Notes under the pieces: generated by a model
What the model was told of the DNA's origin: nothing
The model's input: the letters and a program-made list of their open reading frames with translations, nothing else
Databases searched by the model: none
Made by a program: the position numbers and the translations under genes
Assembly (NCBI GenBank): GCA_965200315.1
Contig: OZ241362.1
Span: forward strand, 2,347,117-2,411,116
Length of the DNA stretch: 64,000 nucleotides
DNA from: Candidatus Latescibacterota bacterium
Lineage (GTDB): Bacteria; Latescibacterota; UBA2968; UBA8231
Direction of reading: 5' to 3'
In this document: positions 20,307 to 30,578 of the stretch, in pieces
How positions within the stretch are numbered: position 1 is the stretch's first letter
Layout of the letters: each line of letters opens with the position of its first letter

Positions 20307-21878
20307 CTACTTGACCAAGTCCTCGTTGAATTCCATGAAAATCACCGCCCCAGCTTCCACCGCGACGAAATCACTCGCCCGCATCACTACCTCGCGCGGC
20401 ATCTTGTCCAGCTCGACCAGCATACCTGTATAGACGCCGGCTTCCCGCAGAAATACCTGCACGTCTTCGCCGGCGAGCGCGATCCGTTGGTGGCTGAATG
20501 CACTTGCCACAACCTGCCCTTCGGGACCGACATCGCCGGCCCCTACCGCAAAGAAACCCTGCTTGGGAATCCGCAAATAGCCGTTGGCCTCGTTGTCGGT
20601 GAATAGATCTTGGCTGCCGTACACATCTTCGACCCTCGGCGCGACCCACAGGCTGACGCGGATGGCGGTGGGCAGGTGATTTTCAATCGCAGTAACTGCG
20701 ACAGCACTGTCGAGGCTGGCGTGGATGCGGCGGCGGGCATCGTCGTCTTGGAAGCGCCGAAAGATCGGAGCGAACTCAATGCGGGTGTCTTCTTCTAGCT
20801 GAAAATGGCCCTGCGTGGCAAAGCGCACGTGGTCGATCTGCACCCAATGACTGGAATCGATCACTTCTGAGGACTCGCCGTCGCCGATATGCACGGTCGG
20901 AGCAACCGCGACCTCGGCCGGCAGCAGGCTGAGAAATTCGGTCAGCTCTGCGGAAGCCAGCGACAAGACGAGCGACACAGGATGATCTGGGTCGCCGCGC
21001 TGGAACACTTCGGAAATCATCAGGGAACCCTGCTCGCCGTGGTCGTTGGTGCCCGCGATGTGGAGATCGATGCGGCTGCGAAAACCAACGCCCGACGTCA
21101 GGCCAACTTTTAAGGCGACCGAGCTGAAGGCGATCTGATCTAAACCTGCGGGAAAATCGACTGCGCGAGAGACCGGCGCGACCGGCAGGATGACCTCGTT
21201 GAGTACGCCCTCGACGTGGCTGAGGAGCAAGTCCCCGGTCTCAGCTTCTAGCAGTAGCTCGTCAGTAGTGCTGGTCTCTGCAAATTCGCCCTGCACCCGG
21301 TATGAGAACCGCAATTGGAGAGGACTCTGCGGGGCAAACTCACTGCCGGCCAAGTCAAAGGGCACCACCTTGCTCTCGCCAGAGGCGAGCGCGTCAATGA
21401 GGAAGGCGTGGATCGTGCCGTCCGGCCTTTTGACATCGTCCAAGACCAGCTCGACCTGCAAGGGGATCGCGGTCTGGTTGGTCGCCTTGAGGGTCAGGCT
21501 GCCGGCGGCAATGACCGCGTGCGCGATTTGGATGCGGTTGTCGGCAAAGGCGAGGGCCTCGGTTTTGGCAATCGCACCATCAGCCGGCCCAATCGGCACC
21601 GCCAAGGAAGCAGAGATGAGCGCGACGCGAAGGCGGTCGCCGACTTCCTCGCGGTGGTTGAAGTCCGCGGTAAAATCTACCGCGAGCAGGCCCTCGTCGT
21701 CGATCTTCAGGAAGCTGGTGCGCTCGTCGGCCAAGTCCTGAACCGTCGTCCGGTCGTCGGCGACGGGGATGCTGATCTGGAAATTGGTGCTGGGAATTTG
21801 GGGGGAGTTTACTTCGCAGCCCGTCAACGCGCTGACCCCTAGGAGCGCGCCCAACCATCGCCACCGTCCGGCAGTCAT
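20307..21878 (-). CDS. lipoprotein, unknown function (523 aa)
   Basis: Lipobox LGVSALTGC after a positively charged N-terminus. Acidic, beta-rich sequence. 7-nt gap to the downstream barrel gene. Confidence 0.7.
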   Translation of the reverse strand: MTAGRWRWLGALLGVSALTGCEVNSPQIPSTNFQISIPVADDRTTVQDLADERTSFLKIDDEGLLAVDFTADFNHREEVGDRLRVALISASLAVPIGPADGAIAKTEALAFADNRIQIAHAVIAAGSLTLKATNQTAIPLQVELVLDDVKRPDGTIHAFLIDALASGESKVVPFDLAGSEFAPQSPLQLRFSYRVQGEFAETSTTDELLLEAETGDLLLSHVEGVLNEVILPVAPVSRAVDFPAGLDQIAFSSVALKVGLTSGVGFRSRIDLHIAGTNDHGEQGSLMISEVFQRGDPDHPVSLVLSLASAELTEFLSLLPAEVAVAPTVHIGDGESSEVIDSSHWVQIDHVRFATQGHFQLEEDTRIEFAPIFRRFQDDDARRRIHASLDSAVAVTAIENHLPTAIRVSLWVAPRVEDVYGSQDLFTDNEANGYLRIPKQGFFAVGAGDVGPEGQVVASAFSHQRIALAGEDVQVFLREAGVYTGMLVELDKMPREVVMRASDFVAVEAGAVIFMEFNEDLVK

Positions 21879-21897
21879 CCGCTAGCCGCTCAAGGAT

Positions 21898-23064
21898 CTA
21901 TTTGATCCCCACAGCCCGGCGCAGCGGCTCGACCTTGTCGGTCCGTTCCCAGATGAACTCTGGCTCCTCGCGCCCAAAGTGGCCGTAGTTGGTGGTTTTT
22001 CGGTAGATGGGCCGCCTCAGTTGTAGGGCCTCAATGATGCCCTTGGGGGTTAGGTCGAAGACCTTTTCCACAGCCTCGGCGATCTCCTCGTCGGGCGCGA
22101 TGCCCGTGCCAAAGGTATCGACCCGCACGGATACGGGCGCGGCCACGCCAATGGCATAGGCCAGTTGCACTTGGCAGCGGGCGGCCAAGCGGGCAGCCAC
22201 CACGTTCTTGGCCACGTAGCGCGCCATGTAGTGGGCACTGCGGTCCACCTTGCTGGGGTCCTTGCCAGAAAAGGCACCCCCGCCGTGGGGGCACGCGCCT
22301 CCGTAGGTATCGACGATAATCTTGCGGCCCGTCAATCCACAGTCGCCGGCCGGCCCGCCGATGACGAAGCGACCCGTGGGGTTGACGTGGTATTGGGTAT
22401 CTGCGTCGAGCAGGTGAGCGGGAATTACTTCTTTCACGACCTGTTCGATCATGTCTTTTTTGATCTGCGCGTGACTGACCTCGGGAGCGTGTTGGGTCGA
22501 GAGGACCACGGCGCTTACCCGCACAGGCTGACCGTCGTCGTACTCGACCGTGACTTGAGACTTGGCGTCCGGGCGCAGATAGGGAATTTTCTCGTCTTTG
22601 CGCAGCCGCGTCAGGTGTTGCATAAGCGCGTGCGCGAGAGTAATGGGCAGCGGCATGAGCTGGCAGGTTTCGCGGCAGGCATAGCCAAACATCATGCCTT
22701 GGTCGCCAGCGCCCTCTTCCTTGTGCAACCCCTCACCCGCGTTGACGCCCTGGGCTATATCGGACGATTGCTGGCCCAAGGCCACGAGAATAGAGCACGA
22801 GCGAAAGTCAAAGCCTTGCTTGGGAGCGCAGTAGCCAATATCGGCGATGACCTGCCTGACGAGGGCTTTAATGTCTAGGCAAGCCTCGCTTTTAACCTCG
22901 CCGGCGACTACTACTCGATTGGTGGTAACGAGGGTCTCGCAGGCGACCCGGGCGTTGAGGTCCTCCGCGAGCATGGCGTCGAGCACGGCGTCGGAAATCT
23001 GGTCGGCGACTTTGTCGGGATGCCCTTCGGAGACGGATTCGGAAGTAAACATGTATTTGGACAT
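21898..23064 (-). CDS. metK: S-adenosylmethionine synthase
   Basis: [26 protein letters not shown] and [16 protein letters not shown]. Confidence 0.97.
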   Translation of the reverse strand: MSKYMFTSESVSEGHPDKVADQISDAVLDAMLAEDLNARVACETLVTTNRVVVAGEVKSEACLDIKALVRQVIADIGYCAPKQGFDFRSCSILVALGQQSSDIAQGVNAGEGLHKEEGAGDQGMMFGYACRETCQLMPLPITLAHALMQHLTRLRKDEKIPYLRPDAKSQVTVEYDDGQPVRVSAVVLSTQHAPEVSHAQIKKDMIEQVVKEVIPAHLLDADTQYHVNPTGRFVIGGPAGDCGLTGRKIIVDTYGGACPHGGGAFSGKDPSKVDRSAHYMARYVAKNVVAARLAARCQVQLAYAIGVAAPVSVRVDTFGTGIAPDEEIAEAVEKVFDLTPKGIIEALQLRRPIYRKTTNYGHFGREEPEFIWERTDKVEPLRRAVGIK

Positions 23065-23083
23065 AGTGTATTCTCAAGCTCCT

Positions 23084-24850
23084 TCAGTGATACCTCTGAC
23101 GCCAGAAGGGTACGTACTTGCCGACGGCATCTCCCAAGTGCTCGCGCACCTCAGTTCCAGTGTCCAAGGTCAAGCATTCGTCGGCGATTTCCTGTGCCTT
23201 TTCCGCGCGAATGGCGCGAATGACCTCCTTGACCTCTGGGATGAGACCAGGGCTTAGACTCAGACAATCCAGCCCGAGACCGAGCAAGAGCGTCGTGGCC
23301 AAGGGGTCGCCGGCCATCTCGCCGCAGATGCTCACGGGCGTGTTAGTGCGCTGGCCGCTGTCGGCGACCATCTTGATCAAGCGCAAGACCGCCGGGTGAA
23401 ACGGGTCGTAGAGCCAAGCCACCTTGCTCATGCCGCGATCCACGGCCAACGCGTACTGGGTCAGGTCGTTGGTGCCGAGACTAAAAAAATCCGCTTCGCT
23501 GGCAAAGTGATCGGCCATCAAAGCCACGGACGGCACTTCGACCATAATTCCCAGCTTGCAATGCTCGGCAAAGGGCCGCCCCGCCGCTCGCAGTTCGTCT
23601 TTGGCTTCCTCCACTAGTACCCGGATACGCCGCAGCTCGTTCAAGCTAGATATCATTGGCAACAAAATTTGAGCCTCGCCGCGTACTCCGGCTCTGAGCA
23701 GGGCGCGCAACTGCGTCTTGAACAGATCTGGGGTATCGAGACAGATGCGGATGCCGCGCCATCCCAAGAAGGGGTTGGCCTCGGACGGCACCTCCAAGAC
23801 GTGGGACAGCTTGTCGCCTCCCAAGTCCATGGTGCGGATCACTACGGGATGCGGGACCAGCGATTCGACGAGGGCGGAATAGACCTTGAACTGCTCTTCC
23901 TCGGAGGGCAAGCGGTAGTTGAGATACAGGAACTCGGTGCGGTACATGCCCACGCCGCGGGCACCGTGGTCGAGCGCCATCTGCACTTCGGCCGGCACAT
24001 CGACATTGGCCATCAATACAATTTCCTGCCCGTCTCGGGTAACGGCAGGTAAGTTGCGGCGCCTCTCTAGGCCGCGCTCGCGTCGAAGCTGACGCCGGCG
24101 ACGCGCCCGATAGCTCCGCTCACCGCGAGCATCGGGCCGCAGGTGGACTTGGCCTTCGTTGCCATCAACGACCACCAAGTCGCCATCTACCACTTGCTGC
24201 GAACAGTCGCCGGTGCCGACGACCGTGGGTAGCTGCAACGAGCGGGCGATGATGGCCGCGTGCGAAGCCGCACCGCCGGCATCGAGTACCACGCCTTTGA
24301 TCCGGCGGCGCTCTAGGCGCACCATCTCCGAGGGCAGCAAATCGTGGGCTAGGACAATCGTGTTGGCGCGGAGCGAATCGAGTGCTTTGACCTCGCCTCC
24401 CGCTAAGCGCATCAACACCTGATTCTCGATATCCGCGATGTCGCTTATTCGCGCCCGCAGGTATTCGTTTTCAATGCTGCCGAAGGCCTCTTTGACTTTC
24501 TCCAGTTCTTCGGCGTACGCCCGCTCAGCCGAATAGTGCTTTTCGCGAATCAATGCCTCGGTGCGCTCTATGATGGATGGGTCCTCTAGCATAGCGAGCT
24601 GGGCGTCGAAGATCTGCGCCAACTCCTCGCCCTGCTCGCTGGCGACCCAGCGACGAATGCGGCGAATTTCGTCCCCAGCTTGGTGGAGTATGTTGCGAAA
24701 GCGCTCGATCTCCTCCCCAACCAGATGCTGCGCCACGCGCTGGCGAGTGATAACCGGGGCCTGCTTGTCGTATGCGAAAGCCCGGCCAATGCCAATGCCG
24801 GGGGAGACGCATATACCATCGAAAACCCTATGTTCGCTGGTCGTGGTCAA
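23084..24850 (-). CDS. ptsI: phosphoenolpyruvate-protein phosphotransferase (PTS enzyme I)
   Basis: GGAASHAAIIARSLQLP (phospho-His region), the PEP-utilising TIM-barrel part with GTNDLTQY, and CGEMAGDP. Confidence 0.95.
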   Translation of the reverse strand: MTTTSEHRVFDGICVSPGIGIGRAFAYDKQAPVITRQRVAQHLVGEEIERFRNILHQAGDEIRRIRRWVASEQGEELAQIFDAQLAMLEDPSIIERTEALIREKHYSAERAYAEELEKVKEAFGSIENEYLRARISDIADIENQVLMRLAGGEVKALDSLRANTIVLAHDLLPSEMVRLERRRIKGVVLDAGGAASHAAIIARSLQLPTVVGTGDCSQQVVDGDLVVVDGNEGQVHLRPDARGERSYRARRRRQLRRERGLERRRNLPAVTRDGQEIVLMANVDVPAEVQMALDHGARGVGMYRTEFLYLNYRLPSEEEQFKVYSALVESLVPHPVVIRTMDLGGDKLSHVLEVPSEANPFLGWRGIRICLDTPDLFKTQLRALLRAGVRGEAQILLPMISSLNELRRIRVLVEEAKDELRAAGRPFAEHCKLGIMVEVPSVALMADHFASEADFFSLGTNDLTQYALAVDRGMSKVAWLYDPFHPAVLRLIKMVADSGQRTNTPVSICGEMAGDPLATTLLLGLGLDCLSLSPGLIPEVKEVIRAIRAEKAQEIADECLTLDTGTEVREHLGDAVGKYVPFWRQRYH

Positions 24851-25119
24851 GTTTGCCCCTCGAACGTGCTCTCCAACAGTGAGATCATGGCCGCGGCGGC
24901 CGCGTTCTCGTCTTCGCCCTCGGCCCGGACGGCGACTTGGGCACCTTGCTCGGCAGCCAGCATCATCACGCCCATGATGCTCTTGCCGTTGACCCCATCG
25001 ACGTCGCCTTTGGAAAGGTAAATGTCAGCTTTGAACTGGGCTGCCGTCTGCACCAACAGCGCGGCTGGACGAGCGTGAATACCCAGTGGATTGTTGATGA
25101 TGGCCGTCTTTTCAACCAT
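24847..25119 (-). CDS. ptsH: phosphocarrier protein HPr
   Basis: GIHARPA (His-15 region) and GKSIMGVM (Ser-46 region). 4-nt overlap with ptsI. Confidence 0.9.
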   Translation of the reverse strand: MVEKTAIINNPLGIHARPAALLVQTAAQFKADIYLSKGDVDGVNGKSIMGVMMLAAEQGAQVAVRAEGEDENAAAAAMISLLESTFEGQT

Positions 25120-25130
25120 GGCCTATTGCT

Positions 25131-25886
25131 TTACTCCTGTCGTTCTTTCACGTGTACTGCTCGGCTCAGAGCACATAGGCGCTGCTGATCGTCTTCGACG
25201 ACGCTGCCCGTGACCACGAAGCCCGCACCGGCCTCCACCTTGGCTCGCGCCACTCCCGGTTCGCGGATGCCGCCGCCGACGACGACCGGCACCGATACGC
25301 AATCCGCTACCGCGCTGACCAATTCGTCGGGCACAGAAGCGCACGCGCCGCTGCCGGTCTCTAGGTAAATAAGCCGCATGCCCAAGTACTCGGCCGCCAA
25401 GGCGTGGGCCATAGCAATGTCGATCTTGTCGCGCGGGATGGGCCGGGTATCGCTCATAAATTCCACCGAGGTCAGGGTCCCGGACTCGACCAGCATATAT
25501 CCGGTAGGGATGGCTTCAATGCCGTACTCGCGGATCAAGGGTGCGGCCTTGACGTGCTCGCCGATCAAGAGCTCGGGATTGCGTCCGCTGACCAGCGACA
25601 GAAAGAAGATCGCATCGGCCGTCGGCACCACTTGACCCCAGCTCCCAGGAAAGCTGATCACCGGCACATCAACCTTGGCCCGGACGCGCTCGAAACAGAC
25701 CGCATTGCGAGCCGAGAACATCAGGCTCGTACCGATGAGGATCGCGTCGGCCCCGGCCGCAGCGCAGAGCTGGGCGCGAGCCTCTAATTCGTCTGGAGCC
25801 AACCGATCTGGATCCAGCAAGGGCAGGTAGCCAGCGCCGCGGCGGTGACGGATGTCTAGTAGGTGTTGCAGTACACTGCTTGTCAC
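25131..25886 (-). CDS. geranylgeranylglyceryl/heptaprenylglyceryl phosphate synthase family protein (GGGPS/PcrB)
   Basis: TIM-barrel family signatures YLPLLDPD, IYLETGSGA and VPVVVGGGIREP. 251 aa. Confidence 0.85.
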   Translation of the reverse strand: MTSSVLQHLLDIRHRRGAGYLPLLDPDRLAPDELEARAQLCAAAGADAILIGTSLMFSARNAVCFERVRAKVDVPVISFPGSWGQVVPTADAIFFLSLVSGRNPELLIGEHVKAAPLIREYGIEAIPTGYMLVESGTLTSVEFMSDTRPIPRDKIDIAMAHALAAEYLGMRLIYLETGSGACASVPDELVSAVADCVSVPVVVGGGIREPGVARAKVEAGAGFVVTGSVVEDDQQRLCALSRAVHVKERQE

Positions 25887-25899
25887 AAATTCAACTCGC

Positions 25900-28536
25900 C
25901 TATTTTAGCTGCTGCTCGACGATGCTCGCCACTTGCGCTAGCGCCTCGTCGAGTTTGCCCGGGTCGCGTCCGCCCGCCTGGGCCAAGTGCGCCTTGCCGC
26001 CGCCCGAACCACCAGCTAGCTGCGCCACGCCGCGCACAATGTCGCCGGCCTTCAGCCCGCGGCCCTTAATCAAGTCGTCGGTGACAACGGCAATAAAGGA
26101 AACCTTGCCGCCGATATCCGCCCCCAAGACGCCAACTCCCGACCCCAAGCTCTCTCGCAGTCCGTCGGCCATGGCCCGCAGGCTGGGCACATCCTCGGCT
26201 TGGGTGCGTTGCGCCACGACCTTGACCCCTTGTACTTCTCGCGCCTCGTTCAAATTATTGGTTGCCTCTAACGCCGCAACCCGACGCCGCAATTCGTCGA
26301 GGGACCGCTCCAACTGGCGATTGCGCCCCAAGAGCGCCTCGATTTTGTCCGCCAACTTTTCAGGCGCGGCATTGAGCCGGGTGCCCAAATCCGCCAACAC
26401 CTGCCGTCGCAGGTGCGCGACGCGTTCGGCCCCAGCGCCGGTCAACGCCTCGCTGCGCCGGACGCCAGCGGCAATGCCGCTTTCGGAAAGCAAATCGAAA
26501 GCGCCGATCTCACCGGTCGAGCGCACATGGGTGCCACCGCACAGTTCAAGACTAAAGTCGCCGATCCGCACCACGCGAACTTGATCGTCGTATTTCTCGC
26601 CGAAGAGCGCCTGCGCCCCCATAGCCTTGGCTTTTTCCAACGCTTCTTGAAAGGCACTCACTGCTAGATCGGCGCGAATCTGCTCGTTGACCCGCTCCTC
26701 GATTTCGCGCAACTGCTCAGGCTGTGCGGCGGCGAAATGCGAAAAGTCAAAGCGCAAGCGGTCTGGCGCAACCAGCGAACCCATCTGCCCTACGTGGTCG
26801 CCGAGGGTCCGCCGCAGCGACTCGTGCAATAAATGGGTCGCCGTGTGGTTGCGCTCGGCGTCCATGCGGGCTTGGCGGTCCACTCGGGCGACAACTGCAC
26901 CGATCAACGCTTCAGCCTCGCCCTCCACTAAGCGACCTTTGTGGACGATGCCGCCGCGCGCCCGCTGCACTTCTTCGACTTCGACGGCAAAACCGTTGCC
27001 CTCGATCCGGCCGCGGTCGCCGACCTGCCCCCCGGCTTCAGCGTAGAAAGGGGTCCGATCCAGTACGAGCCACACGGTTCGGCTGAGCTCACCGTCGAAG
27101 CCTCGGCTATTTTCGCCTTCTTCGGCCTGTACCACCCGAGCGTCTGTTTCCAACTCGTCGTAGCCGACGAAGCGCGAATGCGTTCCCTCCAAGGCATCGC
27201 CCATGCCTTCGCTGGCACTAAACTGTGCTCGGGTGGCCTGACGCGCCCGCTGCCGCTGGGATTCAAGTGCGTGATCGAACTGGTCCCGCTCGACTAGCGG
27301 GATCCCCTGTTCGCGGGCCATTAGCTCCGTCAGATCCAACGGGAAGCCATAGGTGTCGTAGAGTTGGAAAGCATCGCCGCCGGTGATCTGCCCCTTGACT
27401 GCAAACCGTGCGAAGATGTCTAGACCGCGGTCGAGGGTCTTGCCAAAACTCTCTTCCTCGGAGTGAATGACTCGGGCAATGTGATCCTGCCTAGCTACGA
27501 CCTCCGGGAAAACATGCCCCATAGTTTCGCCCAACGTGCCAACTAACTGGTGAATGAAGGGATCGTGCTGATCGAGCTGGCGGGCGTAGCGCGCGGCGCG
27601 GCGCAGGATGCGGCGCAGGACGTAGCCACGCCCCTCGTTGGAGGGCATTGCACCATCGGCCATGGCGAAGCTGAGGGCGCGGACGTGGTCGGCGATGACC
27701 TGCATGGGGACGCGGTGCTCGCCGCCGTACTCTTGCCCCGTCAGCTCGGCGATGCGGCCGATGAGCGGCCGGAAGACATCGGTCTCGTAGTTGCTGGCGG
27801 CCCCTTGCAAGAGGCTGCACATCCGCTCAAAGCCCATGCCGGTATCCACGTGCTTTTCAGGCAGGGATTGCAGCGCTCCGGTCTCGTCGCGGTTGTATTG
27901 GATGAAGACCAAGTTCCAGATCTCGACCAGATCGCCCGTATCGTCGATGAGCATACGGGGGGCTTGCGCCGACAAATCGTCTCCCAAGTAGTAATGGATC
28001 TCGGAGCAAGGGCCGCAGGGACCGGTCTCGCCCATTTCCCAAAAGTTTTCCTTGGCCGGCAGGCGCACGACGCGGCCCGGCAGCAAGTCGGTGCATTCGT
28101 ACCAGAACGCCTCAGCCTCCGCGTCGGCTTCTACCGAGTCGTCGCCGACAAAGATAGTCGCCCAGAGCCGCTCCTTTTCCAAGCCAAAGTGCTCGGTAAT
28201 TAACTCCCAGCCCCATTCGATGGCCTCTTTTTTGAAGTAGTCGCCAAAGGACCAGTTGCCCAGCATCTCAAAGAAGGTGTGGTGCCAAGGGCTGTAGCCG
28301 ACTTCGTCGAGGTCGTTGTGCTTGCCCGAGACCCGCACGACCTTCTGAGTATCAACCGCCCGGGTGTAGTCGCGCCGGCCCAAGCCCAAGAAGACATCCT
28401 TGAACTGGTTCATGCCGGCGTTGGTAAAATAGAGGGTGGGGTCGTCTTGCGGCACGACCGGCGCACTCGGCACGCGCACGTGGCCCTTGCCTTCAAAAAA
28501 ACGGAGGAACGCCTCCCTAATCTCCCTTGACTTCAT
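25900..28536 (-). CDS. alaS: alanine--tRNA ligase
   Basis: FTNAGMNQFK, WEMGETGPCGPCSEIH, editing-domain HTATHLLH, and a C-terminal DHHA1-like GGSGGGKA. Confidence 0.97.
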   Translation of the reverse strand: MKSREIREAFLRFFEGKGHVRVPSAPVVPQDDPTLYFTNAGMNQFKDVFLGLGRRDYTRAVDTQKVVRVSGKHNDLDEVGYSPWHHTFFEMLGNWSFGDYFKKEAIEWGWELITEHFGLEKERLWATIFVGDDSVEADAEAEAFWYECTDLLPGRVVRLPAKENFWEMGETGPCGPCSEIHYYLGDDLSAQAPRMLIDDTGDLVEIWNLVFIQYNRDETGALQSLPEKHVDTGMGFERMCSLLQGAASNYETDVFRPLIGRIAELTGQEYGGEHRVPMQVIADHVRALSFAMADGAMPSNEGRGYVLRRILRRAARYARQLDQHDPFIHQLVGTLGETMGHVFPEVVARQDHIARVIHSEEESFGKTLDRGLDIFARFAVKGQITGGDAFQLYDTYGFPLDLTELMAREQGIPLVERDQFDHALESQRQRARQATRAQFSASEGMGDALEGTHSRFVGYDELETDARVVQAEEGENSRGFDGELSRTVWLVLDRTPFYAEAGGQVGDRGRIEGNGFAVEVEEVQRARGGIVHKGRLVEGEAEALIGAVVARVDRQARMDAERNHTATHLLHESLRRTLGDHVGQMGSLVAPDRLRFDFSHFAAAQPEQLREIEERVNEQIRADLAVSAFQEALEKAKAMGAQALFGEKYDDQVRVVRIGDFSLELCGGTHVRSTGEIGAFDLLSESGIAAGVRRSEALTGAGAERVAHLRRQVLADLGTRLNAAPEKLADKIEALLGRNRQLERSLDELRRRVAALEATNNLNEAREVQGVKVVAQRTQAEDVPSLRAMADGLRESLGSGVGVLGADIGGKVSFIAVVTDDLIKGRGLKAGDIVRGVAQLAGGSGGGKAHLAQAGGRDPGKLDEALAQVASIVEQQLK

Positions 28537-29005
28537 TGGCTAACTCCTGCCATACCTGTTCGACCACTGCTCTAGCCATTTCCGCATCGCAACCACGCCG
28601 GGCCAAAAAGCCCAACATCCGACGCTTGGCCTTGTCGGGTGCCAAGCCCCGGTAGCGCCAAGCCTGCTTGCTCAGCAACGCGACCGTCCGTTCGCTCGAA
28701 TCGAGCACTGGCGCGTACTCGGCGATGACCTCGTCAACGACGCCAGCGGCCACGCCTTTGTGCCTGAGATCTTGGGCTAGTTTGCGCGCACCATAAGCCC
28801 GCGGCAATCGCGCCTCAATCCAGCGCCGAGCGAACTCGCGGTCGTCGAGAAGCTGCTGGCGTTGCAAGTCGGCGACAACCTCGGCGACAACCTCGGCGGC
28901 AAAGTCCTTCTCCCTTAGCTTATCGCGCACCTCCGCTACGGATCGCGCCCTATAGCTGAGATAGTGATAGGCGGCATCCTTGGCCTTTTGCAGTGGGTCG
29001 TCCAC
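28517..29005 (-). CDS. recX: recombination regulator RecX
   Basis: AYHYLSYRARSVAEVRDKL ... DDREFARRWIEARL helical repeats. Immediately follows recA. 20-nt overlap with the alaS start. Confidence 0.88.
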   Translation of the reverse strand: MDDPLQKAKDAAYHYLSYRARSVAEVRDKLREKDFAAEVVAEVVADLQRQQLLDDREFARRWIEARLPRAYGARKLAQDLRHKGVAAGVVDEVIAEYAPVLDSSERTVALLSKQAWRYRGLAPDKAKRRMLGFLARRGCDAEMARAVVEQVWQELANEVKGD

Positions 29006-30070
29006 TTATTCGTCGGCTTCGCGGGCCTCGTTTTGTCCTGCCACAACTTCGAGGCCCAACTCGACGCGTAGCTTGTGCTCAATCTCTGCGGCGACTGGTG
29101 CGTTTTCGCGCAGAAAGGCGCGGGCATTGTCTCGGCCCTGCCCCAATCGCTCGCCATTGTAGGAAAACCACGACCCACTCTTGTCAATAAGCCCCTTGCC
29201 AACACCGATATCAATCAGGTCGCCCTCCCAAGAAATGCCAATTGAGTCGCCGTGAAAGATCAGGTCGAATTCAGCTTCGCGAAAGGGGGGTGCCACTTTG
29301 TTTTTGACGACCTTGACCCGAGTGCGATTGCCAATATCGAGGTCGCCGTCTTTGACGCGGGCGATGCGGCGGATGTCGATGCGCACCGAGGAGTAGAAGG
29401 GCAGAGCGCGCCCGCCGGTGGTGGTTTCCGGGTTGCCGAACATCACGCCGATCTTCATGCGCAACTGGTTGAGAAAGATCAGACAGGTGTGCGAGCGGTT
29501 GATCGAGCCAGCGAGCTTGCGCAGGGCTTGGGACATCAGCCGCGCGTGCAAGCCCACGTGCGAATCACCCATGTCGCCTTCCAATTCGGCCTGCGGTACC
29601 AGCGCGGCCACCGAATCCACCACGATGATATCGAAGGCACCACTGCGCACCAAGGTATCGACGATTTCGAGGGCTTGCTCGCCCGAATCCGGCTGCGATA
29701 TGATTAGGTTTTCCACATCAACGCCAATGCGCCGAGCGAAGCTGACGTCGAGGGCGTGTTCGGCGTCGATAAAGGCCGCGGTGCCGTTCTGCTTTTGCGA
29801 CTCGCGAATGGCGTGCAGCGAGAGCATGGTCTTGCCCGCCCCTTCTGGACCGGATATTTCGACGATCCGCCCCTTGGGCAAGCCGCCGATACCCAGCGCT
29901 ACATCTACAGCCAGCGATCCGGTAGAAATCGCCTCCATCTCTTGCACTCCGCCCTCGTCGCCGAGGCGCATAATCGACCCCTTGCCGTACTGCTTTTCAA
30001 TCTGCGACATCGCCAGTTCCAGCGCTTTGGCCTTGTTGCCGTCTGCGCTGTGTCCGTTCGCTTTCGCCAT
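29006..30070 (-). CDS. recA: recombinase RecA
   Basis: [38 protein letters not shown] and Walker [12 protein letters not shown] at 30070; the track start at 30193 adds an implausible 41 aa. Confidence 0.97.
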   Translation of the reverse strand: MAKANGHSADGNKAKALELAMSQIEKQYGKGSIMRLGDEGGVQEMEAISTGSLAVDVALGIGGLPKGRIVEISGPEGAGKTMLSLHAIRESQKQNGTAAFIDAEHALDVSFARRIGVDVENLIISQPDSGEQALEIVDTLVRSGAFDIIVVDSVAALVPQAELEGDMGDSHVGLHARLMSQALRKLAGSINRSHTCLIFLNQLRMKIGVMFGNPETTTGGRALPFYSSVRIDIRRIARVKDGDLDIGNRTRVKVVKNKVAPPFREAEFDLIFHGDSIGISWEGDLIDIGVGKGLIDKSGSWFSYNGERLGQGRDNARAFLRENAPVAAEIEHKLRVELGLEVVAGQNEAREADE

Positions 30071-30102
30071 GAAAATCTCCCTAATTAAGTGTGGTATCCA
30101 TT

Positions 30103-30504
30103 CTAGCCCATCCACTCGGCCAAATAGAACGACGAGCGAATGACCGCGTTGCTGTACAGGCCAGCGACCATGTCGTCGGCCACAATACCCCACCCCCCGG
30201 GCAGGGCTTCTAGTTGCCGCGCCGGGGGCGGCTTGACAATATCGAAGGCGCGGAAGACGAAGAAGCCCGCAATGACCGTTCCTGCGCTTGGGGGCAAAAA
30301 TGCCACTGCAAAGAGAAAGCCCACCCCCTCGTCAATGACGACTTGCCCGGGGTCCTCGCCCCATTCCGGGGCCGCCCGGCCCGCGCTGTACACCCCAAGG
30401 GCCGAAGCAGCTAAAAGCACTCCGATCCATTCCAGCTCTCCCAAAGTGGGAAAAAACAGCCAGTATAACAGAGCGACGAACGCGGTACCAGCCGTACCGG
30501 GCAT
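30103..30504 (-). CDS. pgpA: phosphatidylglycerophosphatase A (true start probably upstream at a non-canonical codon)
   Basis: [15 protein letters not shown] and [16 protein letters not shown]. The frame is open for 21 more codons upstream, encoding the family-typical LIATLFFVGYAPW, but contains no ATG, GTG or TTG. Confidence 0.85.
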   Translation of the reverse strand: MPGTAGTAFVALLYWLFFPTLGELEWIGVLLAASALGVYSAGRAAPEWGEDPGQVVIDEGVGFLFAVAFLPPSAGTVIAGFFVFRAFDIVKPPPARQLEALPGGWGIVADDMVAGLYSNAVIRSSFYLAEWMG

Positions 30505-30578
30505 CCACGGAGCATAGCCGACGAAAAAGAGCGTGGCGATCAGTCGGTTCAGAAGAAACGCGTTCCTCTACGCCGCGC

